DNA of 64,000 bases, from positions 5,549 to 69,548 of the forward strand of contig DASRJX010000119.1 of NCBI GenBank assembly GCA_035649235.1. Direction: 5' to 3'. Numbering within the stretch: the first letter of the stretch is position 1; every line of letters begins with the position of its first letter. The DNA comes from Candidatus Cryosericum sp. (GTDB taxonomy: Bacteria > Acidobacteriota > Polarisedimenticolia > Gp22-AA2). Position numbers and translations under genes: made by a program. The notes below the pieces were generated by a model. The model was given only the letters and a program-made list of their open reading frames with translations, was not told where the DNA came from and searched no databases. Of this stretch, positions 16,746 through 25,591 are shown one piece after another.

Positions 16746-19700
16746 TGGTCGAGCGGATCATCGAGTTCTCGGCGCGCAACAAGGTCATCGTCCTCGTGCT
16801 GACGGCCGTGGCGGTGGCGATGGCGGTGCACGCCATGCACAACGTGCCTCTGGACGCGATCCCGGACCTGTCCGACACGCAGGTCATCGTCTATTCGCGG
16901 TGGGACCGCAGTCCCGACATCCTGGAGGACCAGGTCACCTACCCAATCATCACCGCCCTCCTCGGGGTGCCGAGGGTCAAGGCGGTCCGCGGCTTCTCGG
17001 ACTTCGGGTTCTCGTATGTCTACGTCATCTTCCAGGACGGCACGGATCTCTACTGGGCCCGCAGCCGGACGCTCGAGTATCTGAACAAGATCCTCCCCCG
17101 CCTGCCGGAGGGCGTCCGCACGGAGATGGGGCCGGACGCCACGGGCGTCGGCTGGGTCTATAAGTATGCCCTCGTGGACCGCACCGGCCGGCACGACCTG
17201 TCCGAGATCCGCTCCTTCCAGGACTGGTACCTCCGCTACTGGCTGCAGAGCGTCCCTGGCGTGGCGGAGGTCGCCTCGATCGGCGGGTTCCAGAAGCAGT
17301 ACCAGGTGACCGTCGATCCCGATACGCTGCTCGCCCTGAAGATCCCGATCTCCCGAGTGGTCGAGGCGATCCGCCAGGGGAACAACGACGTCGGCGGGCG
17401 CGTGGTGGAGTTCTCCGGGGCCGAATACATGGTCCGAGGACGAGGCTACGCCCGCTCCGTCCAGGACCTCGGGCAGATCGTCGTCGGGGGCGACGGCAAG
17501 GGCGTCCCGGTGCTCGTGCGGGACGTGGCCCGCGTGACGCTGGGACCCGACATCCGGCGGGGCGTCGTCGACCTGGACGGGATCGGCGACACGGTGGGCG
17601 GCATCGTCATCATGCGCTCCGGCGAGAACGCCCTGAACGTCATCCACCGGGTCAAGGAGAAGATCGACGGCGTCCGTGCCTCGCTGCCTCCGGGCGTGGA
17701 GCTGGTGCCGACCTACGACCGGTCGGAGCTGATCCAGCGATCCATCGACAACCTCAAGCACGAGCTGGTGCTGGAGATGATCATCGTCAGCTTGGTCATC
17801 CTGATCTTCCTCTGGCACATCCCTTCGGCCATCGTGCCGATCGTCACCATCCCGGTCAGCGTCCTGCTGGCCTTCATCCCCATGTACCTCATGGGGATCA
17901 CCTCCAACATCATGTCCCTGGCCGGGATCGCCATGAGCATCGGGGTGCTCGTGGACGGCGCCATCGTCGAGGTGGAGAACGCCTACAAGAAGCTGCAGCT
18001 CTGGGAGGCCGGGGGCCGGGTCGGTGACTACCACAGGATTCGCCTCGAGGCGCTCAAGGAGGTCGGTCCATCGGTCTTCTTCTCCCTCCTCGTCATCGCC
18101 GTGGCCTTCCTGCCGATCTTCACGCTGGTCGATCAGGCGGGTCGCCTCTTCAAGCCTCTCGCCTACACCAAGACCCTGGCGATGGCGCTCGCGGCGGTCC
18201 TGGCGATCACGCTCGATCCCGCGATGCGCATGCTGTTCACCCGGATGGATCCGATCCAGTTCCGGCCGCGATGGCTCGCGTGGCTGGCCCACCACGCGGT
18301 GGTCGGGACCTACTATCCGGAGGAGAAACATCCGATCAGCCGGATCCTGTTCCGGATCTACGAGCCGGCCTGCCGCCTGGTCCTCGACTGGCCGAAGACG
18401 ACCGTGGCCACGGCCTTCCTCCTCGTCCTCAGCACGATCCCCGTCTACCTCGGGCTCGGGTCGGAGTTCTTCCCGCCGCTCGACGAAGGGTCCCTGCTCT
18501 ACATGCCCACCACGCTCCCGGGGCTGGCGGTGACCGAAGCCGAGCGCCTCGTCCAGACGACGGACCGCCTGATCGCCGAGGTACCGGAAGTCGTGCGCGT
18601 GTTCGGGAAGGCGGGACGCGCCGAGACCTCGACCGACCCGGCGCCCTTCTCGATGCTCGAGACCACCATCCTCCTCAAGCCGCATTCCGAATGGCGCCGG
18701 GCAAAGCGCTTCTACTCCAACTGGCCCGAGATCCTCCAGGCGCCGCTGCGCCGGATCTGGCCGGATCGAATCACGCGCGAGGACCTGATCGCCGAGCTGG
18801 ACCAGAGGCTGAGGCTTCCCGGCGTGAGGAACGCCTGGACCATGCCGATCAAGAACCGCATCGACATGCTGACGACCGGCATCAGGACGCCGATCGGTCT
18901 CAAGATCTTCGGGGCCGACCTCACCGTCATCGAGCGCATCGGTTCGCAGATCGAGGCGGCCCTGCGGCGGCTCCCGCGGACGCGCAGCATCTACGCCGAG
19001 CGGACGGCCGGAGGGTATTTCCTCGACTTCGACCTCCGCCGCGACGAGCTGGCGCGCTACGGACTCAGCGTCCAGGAGGCCCAGATGGTCATCCTCACAG
19101 CCATCGGCGGGGAGCCGATCACTACGACCGTGGAGGGCCGCGAGCGGTACACGGTCAGCGTCCGCTACCCTCGCGAGTTGCGCGACAACCTGGACCGCCT
19201 CCGGCGCGTCCTCGTCCCCACGCCGTCCGGGGCGCAGGTGCCGCTCGCCCAGCTCGCGGACATCCGGACGACAACGGGGCCCGCGATGATCCGGGACGAG
19301 AACGGCATGCTCGCCGGCTACGTGTACGTGGACATCTCGGGCTCGGACCTGGGAGGGTACGTCTCGGAGGCGAAGGAGGCCGTGGCACGGTCGGTCAGCG
19401 TGCCGACCGGCTACACGGTGCAGTGGAGTGGACAGTACGAGAACATGCTGCGGGTGCGCGAGCGGCTGAAGATCGTCGTGCCGGCCACCCTCGTCATCAT
19501 CGTCCTCCTCCTCTACATGAACACGCGATCCGCCGTGAAGGCCGGCATCGTCATGCTCGCCGTGCCGTTCTCCCTGATCGGCGCCGTCTGGCTCCTCTAC
19601 CTCCTCGGGTACAACATCTCGATCGCCGTCTGGGTCGGGATGATCGCCCTCATGGGACTGGACGCCGAGACCGGCGTCTTCATGCTGTTGTTCCTGGATA

Positions 19701-20017
19701 TCGCGTACCACGACGCCGTCCGCGAAGGCAGGATGCGGACCCGGGAGGACCTCCGCGAGGCGATCATCCACGGGGCGGTCAAGCGGGTGCGCCCCAAGAT
19801 GATGACCGTGGCGGCCGCCTTCGCCGGCCTCATGCCGATCATGTGGTCTCTCGGGACGGGCGCCGACATGATGAAGCGCGTGGTCGCCCCGATGGTCGGC
19901 GGCCTCGTCACGAGCTTCATCCTGGAGCTCCTGGTCTACCCGCCGATCTACGAGATCTGGAAGTGGCGCTTCGAGATGAAGGGGGGCGCCGTCGAGCCGC
20001 GGGTCGCTCGATCCTGA
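16745..20017 (+). CDS. cusA: Heavy-metal-efflux (HME) RND permease, CusA/CzcA family
   Basis: ATG 16745 overlaps the cusB stop. 12-TM ACR_tran architecture, about 1090 aa. The six-frame ORF 15401-20017 is an out-of-frame run-in. Confidence 0.9.
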   Translation: MVERIIEFSARNKVIVLVLTAVAVAMAVHAMHNVPLDAIPDLSDTQVIVYSRWDRSPDILEDQVTYPIITALLGVPRVKAVRGFSDFGFSYVYVIFQDGTDLYWARSRTLEYLNKILPRLPEGVRTEMGPDATGVGWVYKYALVDRTGRHDLSEIRSFQDWYLRYWLQSVPGVAEVASIGGFQKQYQVTVDPDTLLALKIPISRVVEAIRQGNNDVGGRVVEFSGAEYMVRGRGYARSVQDLGQIVVGGDGKGVPVLVRDVARVTLGPDIRRGVVDLDGIGDTVGGIVIMRSGENALNVIHRVKEKIDGVRASLPPGVELVPTYDRSELIQRSIDNLKHELVLEMIIVSLVILIFLWHIPSAIVPIVTIPVSVLLAFIPMYLMGITSNIMSLAGIAMSIGVLVDGAIVEVENAYKKLQLWEAGGRVGDYHRIRLEALKEVGPSVFFSLLVIAVAFLPIFTLVDQAGRLFKPLAYTKTLAMALAAVLAITLDPAMRMLFTRMDPIQFRPRWLAWLAHHAVVGTYYPEEKHPISRILFRIYEPACRLVLDWPKTTVATAFLLVLSTIPVYLGLGSEFFPPLDEGSLLYMPTTLPGLAVTEAERLVQTTDRLIAEVPEVVRVFGKAGRAETSTDPAPFSMLETTILLKPHSEWRRAKRFYSNWPEILQAPLRRIWPDRITREDLIAELDQRLRLPGVRNAWTMPIKNRIDMLTTGIRTPIGLKIFGADLTVIERIGSQIEAALRRLPRTRSIYAERTAGGYFLDFDLRRDELARYGLSVQEAQMVILTAIGGEPITTTVEGRERYTVSVRYPRELRDNLDRLRRVLVPTPSGAQVPLAQLADIRTTTGPAMIRDENGMLAGYVYVDISGSDLGGYVSEAKEAVARSVSVPTGYTVQWSGQYENMLRVRERLKIVVPATLVIIVLLLYMNTRSAVKAGIVMLAVPFSLIGAVWLLYLLGYNISIAVWVGMIALMGLDAETGVFMLLFLDIAYHDAVREGRMRTREDLREAIIHGAVKRVRPKMMTVAAAFAGLMPIMWSLGTGADMMKRVVAPMVGGLVTSFILELLVYPPIYEIWKWRFEMKGGAVEPRVARS

Positions 20018-20117
20018 CGATCCACCGCCTCCGCAGCAGGGACGGGACGGACCCGGTGCTCGGCGGTAGAATGCCGTCGGCGGTGGGGCCATGCGATCGA
20101 CGGCTTGGGGACGGGGA

Positions 20118-20591
20118 ATGACAGCGGCGCGGCTCCTCGTTGCCGTTCTCGTGATGACACTCGGCGCCTGCTCCGCCCGCACCGAGCTCTGCTGGGTCTG
20201 CCAGCGCGAGATCACTCCGAGCGTTCGCGTCACTTTGTCGCTCGAGGACGGCCGGAAGGTCCACGCCTGCTGCCCGCGCTGCGCCCTGCACTACGGAGAG
20301 ACCTCCGGTCCGCCCGTGCGGAGAATCGAGGTGTCAGATTACGCGTCGCGAGGCACGATCGATCTGCGGCAGGCCTGGCTCATCGAAGGGAGCGACGAAG
20401 CGCCCTGCCTCGAGCACCACCATCCGGTGACCGACCCGGGCGGCGCGCCGATGCAGGTCTGCTACGACCGCTGCATGCCGAGCCTCATCGCCTTCGCGAG
20501 CCGGGAGGGAGCCGCCGCCTTCCAGGGGGAGCACGGCGGGACGCTCATACCACCCGGTGGGCTCGCCGGCCGCGCGGCCGCCGATCCCTGA
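20118..20591 (+). CDS. NosL-like copper-binding lipoprotein
   Basis: Lipobox LGACS. ELCWVCQREI...FAAQ-like stretch and ...GRKVHACCPRCALHY resemble the NosL CxxC-M...FDSxxC pattern. Second His-rich half (CLEHHHP). Family call is tentative. Confidence 0.4.
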   Translation: MTAARLLVAVLVMTLGACSARTELCWVCQREITPSVRVTLSLEDGRKVHACCPRCALHYGETSGPPVRRIEVSDYASRGTIDLRQAWLIEGSDEAPCLEHHHPVTDPGGAPMQVCYDRCMPSLIAFASREGAAAFQGEHGGTLIPPGGLAGRAAADP

Positions 20592-20636
20592 TCGACCCCG
20601 GACCCGGATCGGCGCCTCGTCCTCCGGCCGCCTTCC

Positions 20637-22361
20637 TCAGTGGGGGAGCGGCACCTCGTAGATGTAGAACGCGTGCCCCACGACGGCGCGCGGCGGCGTG
20701 CGCAGGATCCAGTTCTCCGGGCCCCGGCCGAGCAGGCCGATCGAGCGCGCCAGGAGGTGCGCGCTGATCGCGTGCAGGCCCGGCGGCAGTCCTTTCACGA
20801 TGTCGTCCGTCGTCAGCCGGTCGTACACCAGGCCGTGGTGCTGCGGCAGCGCCGTCCCGAAGTAGGCGAGGCCGATCCGGCGTCCCGGGGCGTGCTCGTC
20901 GAGCCAGGCCTTGAGCTGCTTGAGCCCCTGTCCCCAGTCGACGTTCGAGTCGTCCAGCCACAGAGGGCCGCAGGCGCTGCCGCCGTCCCACCCGAGCCTG
21001 GACGGTTGGGACAGGAGGCAGGCCGACTCGTTGAAGTACGACAGATGGTCCGGATAGATGCCGGCCGCTCCGACGACGAGCCACGCGAGCAGCGCCAGAA
21101 GGCCCAGGCGCTGCCAGAGAACGCCCGAATTCCACAGCGACCGCGCCCCCACGCCGCCGACGAGATAGAGGCACGGCAGCGCCGGGATGAGATAGCGGAA
21201 CCCCAGATTGTGCGGCAACGGGACGGCGAAGAACAGCCGCAGGGGCAGGTGCAGGAGGCCGGTGTAGAAGGCGAAGAAGGCCAGGGGGGGCAGGAGGACG
21301 AACGCGCCGTCCAGCGCCGGGACGTCGCCACCGCGCCGGAGCAGCCTGAGCCCGCCGAGGGCCGCGAGGAGGATCGCCGGGATCGGCTCCTTCAGCAGAT
21401 AGGCCACCGCGTAGTAGGTCCAGAAGAGGGGCTGGAAGCCGCCGGCCATGTAGGGCCAGTAGGTCGGGTTGTGGTCGGCGTTCACACGCGCGATCCCCTG
21501 CAGGTAGAGGAAGGGATTGCGCGGCAGGAAATAAAGAAGATGGAGGACGACCGCGGCCATCATCAGGAACACCATCGCGAGCGCCAGGCTGCAGACGATC
21601 CGCGGCCCGCCCGCCTCCCCGGCGTACGGATCGACGAGGCTCGAGGATCGGCGCGGGACCTCCGCCGGGATCCAGCGCGTCGCCAGGAGCAGAACGAGGA
21701 GCGCCAGGGGCGGCAGCAGGATGCCGGAGAACTTCGCGCCCAGAGCGCCTCCCAGGGCCAGGCCGCACAGCACGAGGCGCTTGAGCGAGCGATGGTTCAG
21801 GTATTCCCAGAGGGCCCAGAGGAACAGCACCGCGAACAAGGCAAAGCCGGTGTCGGTGGCCACGAGGACGCCGTGCGCCACGATCGATGGGTCGAAGGCG
21901 AGAAGTGCTATCGCCATCAGCGCCGGCATCGTCCCGAGCATCCGCCGTCCCCAGGCGTAGACCGCCCACCCGAGGACGAGCGTCAGACCCAGGAACGGCA
22001 GTCTGGAGAGGAACATCACCCGATCCGGGTCGTTCTGGTAGAGCACCGCCTGGCCGATCTCCCACTGCAGCGCCGGATCGGGATCGGTGCTGACGCCCCG
22101 CCACGCCTCCTCCGTCACCGGCCACCTTACGCCTCCGAGGACGAGCGGCAGGGCGCCGATTTCCTTCAGGAGAGGCGGGTGCTGGAGGTTGATCTTGAAC
22201 TCGCCTGTCGTCAGGTACGACAGACCGGCTGCGATGTGTGCCGGCTCGTCGAAGGTGGGGGACTTGAGGCGCAGGGCCGGCCATGCCTGCAGGCCCAGGG
22301 CCGCGAGGATCAGGGTCGCCGCGACGTTCGCCGCCCCGGAACCGCGCGCAGCGCTCCGCAT
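20637..22361 (-). CDS. GT-C-fold membrane glycosyltransferase (ArnT/PMT-like, GT39/GT83-type), paralog 1
   Basis: Multi-TM N-terminal half with a periplasmic-loop DE motif (TFDEPAHIAAGLSY). About 575 aa. Paralogous to 22476-24383. Confidence 0.65.
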   Translation of the reverse strand: MRSAARGSGAANVAATLILAALGLQAWPALRLKSPTFDEPAHIAAGLSYLTTGEFKINLQHPPLLKEIGALPLVLGGVRWPVTEEAWRGVSTDPDPALQWEIGQAVLYQNDPDRVMFLSRLPFLGLTLVLGWAVYAWGRRMLGTMPALMAIALLAFDPSIVAHGVLVATDTGFALFAVLFLWALWEYLNHRSLKRLVLCGLALGGALGAKFSGILLPPLALLVLLLATRWIPAEVPRRSSSLVDPYAGEAGGPRIVCSLALAMVFLMMAAVVLHLLYFLPRNPFLYLQGIARVNADHNPTYWPYMAGGFQPLFWTYYAVAYLLKEPIPAILLAALGGLRLLRRGGDVPALDGAFVLLPPLAFFAFYTGLLHLPLRLFFAVPLPHNLGFRYLIPALPCLYLVGGVGARSLWNSGVLWQRLGLLALLAWLVVGAAGIYPDHLSYFNESACLLSQPSRLGWDGGSACGPLWLDDSNVDWGQGLKQLKAWLDEHAPGRRIGLAYFGTALPQHHGLVYDRLTTDDIVKGLPPGLHAISAHLLARSIGLLGRGPENWILRTPPRAVVGHAFYIYEVPLPH

Positions 22362-22475
22362 CGCGCGGCATCGTAGCACAGGCCGAAGGCGCTCTCCGGG
22401 GCTTCCGGCCGTTGACGCTGCCTGCCGCGTGCACTAGATTCGCGCCTCGGTTGCGCCCGACGAGGAGCCCCCGCG

Positions 22476-24383
22476 ATGCGCCGCCAGCCGCCCAGGAAGG
22501 AGGTCCCCAGGCAGGTCCCCGCTCCGCCGGCGGACGCCCCTCCCCAGGATCGCCGCGCCGCATGGCTGGCGGGCGCCCTCCTCCTCGTCCTTTTCCTGCA
22601 GGGGCTCGTCTTCATCACCGAGTCGTCGCAGACGAGCGACGAGGCGGCGCACCTGGCCGCCGGCTACTCGTATCTCGTCCGGGGCGACTTCCGGCTCAAC
22701 ACGGAGCACCCGCCGCTCATGAAGGAGCTGGCGGCCCTGCCGCTCCTGCCGCTGCATCTCGATTTCCCCTGGGGGCCGCTGTGGGAGCAGGCCGAGGAGT
22801 GGAACATCGGCCGGATCTTCGTGCACGAGAACCACGTGGCGAACGACACGCTCCTCTTCCTCGGCCGCCTGCCGATGCTCCTGCTGTCGCTCGGGCTCGG
22901 CTGGGGGATGTACTGCTGGGGACGACGCCTGTTCGGCGCCCCGGGCGCGCTCCTCGGCCTGGCGCTCTATGTCCTCGACCCGAATGTCGTGGCCCACTCG
23001 GGCCTGGTGACGACCGACCTGGGCGTGACCCTGTTCATCTTCCTCGCGGTGTACGCGTTCTGGTGCTGGTGCGAGCGTCCGTCGCGCCGCACGCTCGTGC
23101 TGCTGGGCCTGGCCACGGGCGGCGCCTTCGCGGCCAAGTACACCGCGGTGTGGCTGCCGCCGATCCTGGCGGCGCTGGGGGCGGCGCTCCTGTTCCTGCG
23201 GGCCCCTCTCCCGCGCTGGCCGCTCGCGGCCGCGGACCGGCCGTCACCGCCGGCCGTCTCGTTCGCGGGCCGCCTCGGCGCGCTCGCCTCGGCGGCGGCC
23301 CTGGTGATCGCGATCGGCTTCGTCGTGCTGGCGCTCTCCTATGCGGTCGTCGGTCTCCCCACGTTCCTGGAAGGACTGGACCGCGGTCTACACCACTCCG
23401 CCATCGGGCACCGCGCCTACCTGATGGGAAGAATCTCCGAGTCTGGCTGGTGGTACTACTTCCTCTTCGCCTGGCTCGTGAAGACTCCCCCCGGGACGAT
23501 CCTGATCGTGGCGGCCTCGCTCGCGGCGCTTCTGTTCGGGCGGAGGCGCAGCGCCCGCGACGAGCTGTTCCTCTACCTCCCGGTTCTCGCCACCCTCGCC
23601 ATCACCTGCCTCTGGAAAGTCAACATCGGCCTCCGGCACATCCTGCCGATCTATCCGTTCCTGTATCTCGGAGCGGGACGGCTGCTGATGCACGTCGGGG
23701 CGGCGGCCGCTCCCGCCCCCGCCGCAGGACCGCGGATGTCGAGGCTGGCGGTCCCGGCGGCCGCCCTCCTGCTCGGCTGGAACGCCGTCGAGATGGTCCG
23801 GATAGCCCCGCACCACCTGGCCTACTTCAACCTCCTCGTCGGCGGGCCGGCGAACGGCCACAGGTACCTGCTCGACTCGAATCTCGACTGGGGCCAGTCG
23901 GCCAAAGCACTCCGCCGCTTCCAGGAGGGCGAGCGCCTGCCGGTTCTCTACGTGGCCTTCAGCGGCAACACCGATCCTTTCTACTACGGCGTGCGCTATC
24001 AGTACGTCCCCGGAACGGGCAATCTCCTGGCTTCGAAGGTGCGGCCCCAGCGCATGCCCGAGCGGGCCCCGCGCGAGCTGTTCGCCATCAGCGCCATGGT
24101 CCTGCACTCGCTCCATTTCAGCACCCACGACCTGTACGACTGGCTGGCCGCCAGGTCACCTGTGGCCATGCCGGGATACTCGTTCCTCGTGTACGACATC
24201 ACGGGAGAACCGGAGAGCCACGCCCGGATCGCCGAACTGTGTCTCAGCTTCAAGCTCTGGGACCTGGCGGCGTTCGAGGCGGGGAGGGCGCTCGCCCTCG
24301 ATGCGCAGAACGGCCTGGCGCATGCGGTCCTGCAGCGGCTCGCCGAGGTCTCCCCCCAACCCGAGACCGGAGGGAGGCCCTGA
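22476..24383 (+). CDS. GT-C-fold membrane glycosyltransferase (ArnT/PMT-like), paralog 2
   Basis: TSDEAAHLAAGYSYLVRGDFRLNTEHPPLMKEL aligns with paralog 1 (SPTFDEPAHIAAGLSYLTTGEFKINLQHPPLLKEI). 635 aa, multi-TM. Confidence 0.65.
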   Translation: MRRQPPRKEVPRQVPAPPADAPPQDRRAAWLAGALLLVLFLQGLVFITESSQTSDEAAHLAAGYSYLVRGDFRLNTEHPPLMKELAALPLLPLHLDFPWGPLWEQAEEWNIGRIFVHENHVANDTLLFLGRLPMLLLSLGLGWGMYCWGRRLFGAPGALLGLALYVLDPNVVAHSGLVTTDLGVTLFIFLAVYAFWCWCERPSRRTLVLLGLATGGAFAAKYTAVWLPPILAALGAALLFLRAPLPRWPLAAADRPSPPAVSFAGRLGALASAAALVIAIGFVVLALSYAVVGLPTFLEGLDRGLHHSAIGHRAYLMGRISESGWWYYFLFAWLVKTPPGTILIVAASLAALLFGRRRSARDELFLYLPVLATLAITCLWKVNIGLRHILPIYPFLYLGAGRLLMHVGAAAAPAPAAGPRMSRLAVPAAALLLGWNAVEMVRIAPHHLAYFNLLVGGPANGHRYLLDSNLDWGQSAKALRRFQEGERLPVLYVAFSGNTDPFYYGVRYQYVPGTGNLLASKVRPQRMPERAPRELFAISAMVLHSLHFSTHDLYDWLAARSPVAMPGYSFLVYDITGEPESHARIAELCLSFKLWDLAAFEAGRALALDAQNGLAHAVLQRLAEVSPQPETGGRP

Positions 24384-24388
24384 GAACC

Positions 24389-25567
24389 ATGACACCCGAC
24401 ACCAGTCCTACCGACGGCAGCCGGCACAGCAGCGCTCCACGGCGTGGCCGCGCATCCACGGCACGTCGTGACCGCACCGGATTCGTCGCCGTCGCGGCGG
24501 CTCTCCTCTGCGGACAGGCGCTGAGCATCCCGTCGAGCTTCGCCATCACCGTCGTCGAGCCCACCTACCTGCCGGCCGGCGTGAGCGACTTCGCGGGGAC
24601 GCTCGGCTGCCTCCGGTCGCCGGAGGGAGGCGTGGACGCCGTCGATCTGAAATCCGGCCGGTCGCTCTGGCGCTCCGACGCAAGGGCCCGGCCGCTCCTC
24701 GTCACCGGCGGGCGGGCGTTCCTCCTCGAGGAGAGCGCCAAACAACCGCTGCGACTCGTCGTCCGCACGGCGCAGGACGGCCGGCAGGTCCGGGCGTACG
24801 ACCTCGCGAGCCTCGCTCTTCCCCCCTGGGCTTCCTTGTCCGAACAACGGGAGGCACGGCAGTGGACCGAGTTCGAGGCCGCCGCCCGGCTCATGGGCGA
24901 CAAGCTCGAGATCCACTACATCGTGACCCGCAGGCAGGTCTCCGGGATGGCTGGGCCGGGTGCCGCGGCCCAGGTTGAGGGCGTGGCGCTCGTCGCGCTG
25001 GACTCGGGCCGGATCGCCGGCCAGATTGGGCCGCCGTCGCCTCCTCCGCTCGTCTCGGAGCCCGCGCCGCCGATGGCGGGCGTGCGCTTCGTCGCGCTCC
25101 ACGCGCGCCCAGCCGACGCGAGGATCGTACTCGGTGGACCTCCTGCCAATGCCGGCACGGCCCTGATCGCAGGGGAACGGCGGATGGCCTTCGAACTGAG
25201 CCGGGACGCCAAGACGGTCCTCGTCCACCGCTGGAGCTACGCGGGAGGATCGCGGGAGCCCGTGCTGCGCCTCGAGCACGGGCAGCCGACCGACGCCGTC
25301 TGGGTGACGCTCGACCGGCGGCATGTCCTGCTGCGGCGCGCCTCCGATCAGCGCTTCTACGATCTGTACTCGCTCGACAGCGCGAAGTCCGAAGGGAAGC
25401 TGGAGGCGCCCGTGGATGTCGCGGTCGTCGGCCAGCGCGTCTACTGGACGACGCGCGAGTCCAAGGGCCGCCTGGTGCTGGCGGCCTCGAGCCTGGAAGC
25501 CGGCCGGAAGCTGTGGCGCCACACCGTGCGCCGTGCAGAGGGCCCTCCCGGGGAGCCGATCCCGTAA
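24389..25567 (+). CDS. Hypothetical exported protein, possibly beta-propeller-like; co-directional with paralog 2, 5 bp downstream
   Basis: ATG 24389 with GGAGGGAGG RBS. Signal-like hydrophobic segment. No family assignment. Confidence 0.5.
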   Translation: MTPDTSPTDGSRHSSAPRRGRASTARRDRTGFVAVAAALLCGQALSIPSSFAITVVEPTYLPAGVSDFAGTLGCLRSPEGGVDAVDLKSGRSLWRSDARARPLLVTGGRAFLLEESAKQPLRLVVRTAQDGRQVRAYDLASLALPPWASLSEQREARQWTEFEAAARLMGDKLEIHYIVTRRQVSGMAGPGAAAQVEGVALVALDSGRIAGQIGPPSPPPLVSEPAPPMAGVRFVALHARPADARIVLGGPPANAGTALIAGERRMAFELSRDAKTVLVHRWSYAGGSREPVLRLEHGQPTDAVWVTLDRRHVLLRRASDQRFYDLYSLDSAKSEGKLEAPVDVAVVGQRVYWTTRESKGRLVLAASSLEAGRKLWRHTVRRAEGPPGEPIP

Positions 25568-25591
25568 GGCGATCGGCCGCGCGGAGCGCGG

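Noticed and set aside
15401-20017. 1538-aa ORF appearing to fuse cusB and cusA
   Set aside because: The first 448 codons are an R/G/P-rich out-of-frame read across cusB. CusA homology begins at ATG 16745, which overlaps the cusB stop.
20545-22563. Further long spurious frames: 20545-22563(-), 20640-22376(+), 24891-27173(-), 25781-27997(+), 27612-28913(+), 27676-28908(-), 29969-32044(-), 30556-31887(+), 32576-34486(+), 32694-33839(-), 34144-35415(-), 37924-40446(-), 38724-40619(+), 46696-48105(-), 48338-50209(-), 52547-53596(-), 54667-57333(-), 55533-57434(+), 58913-61972(+), 59772-61214(-), 62680-63573(+)
   Set aside because: Same low-complexity composition. Each overlaps a confidently assigned gene (GT-C genes, GH63, ccmF, nadB, PATAN proteins, kinase, permease, SpoIID) on the other strand or in another frame.
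22283-25567. 1094-aa single ORF across 22.3-25.6 kb
   Set aside because: This is an R/G/P/A-rich frame overlapping GT-C paralog 2 in another frame. Only its last 392 codons (24389-25567, with RBS) look like a real gene.
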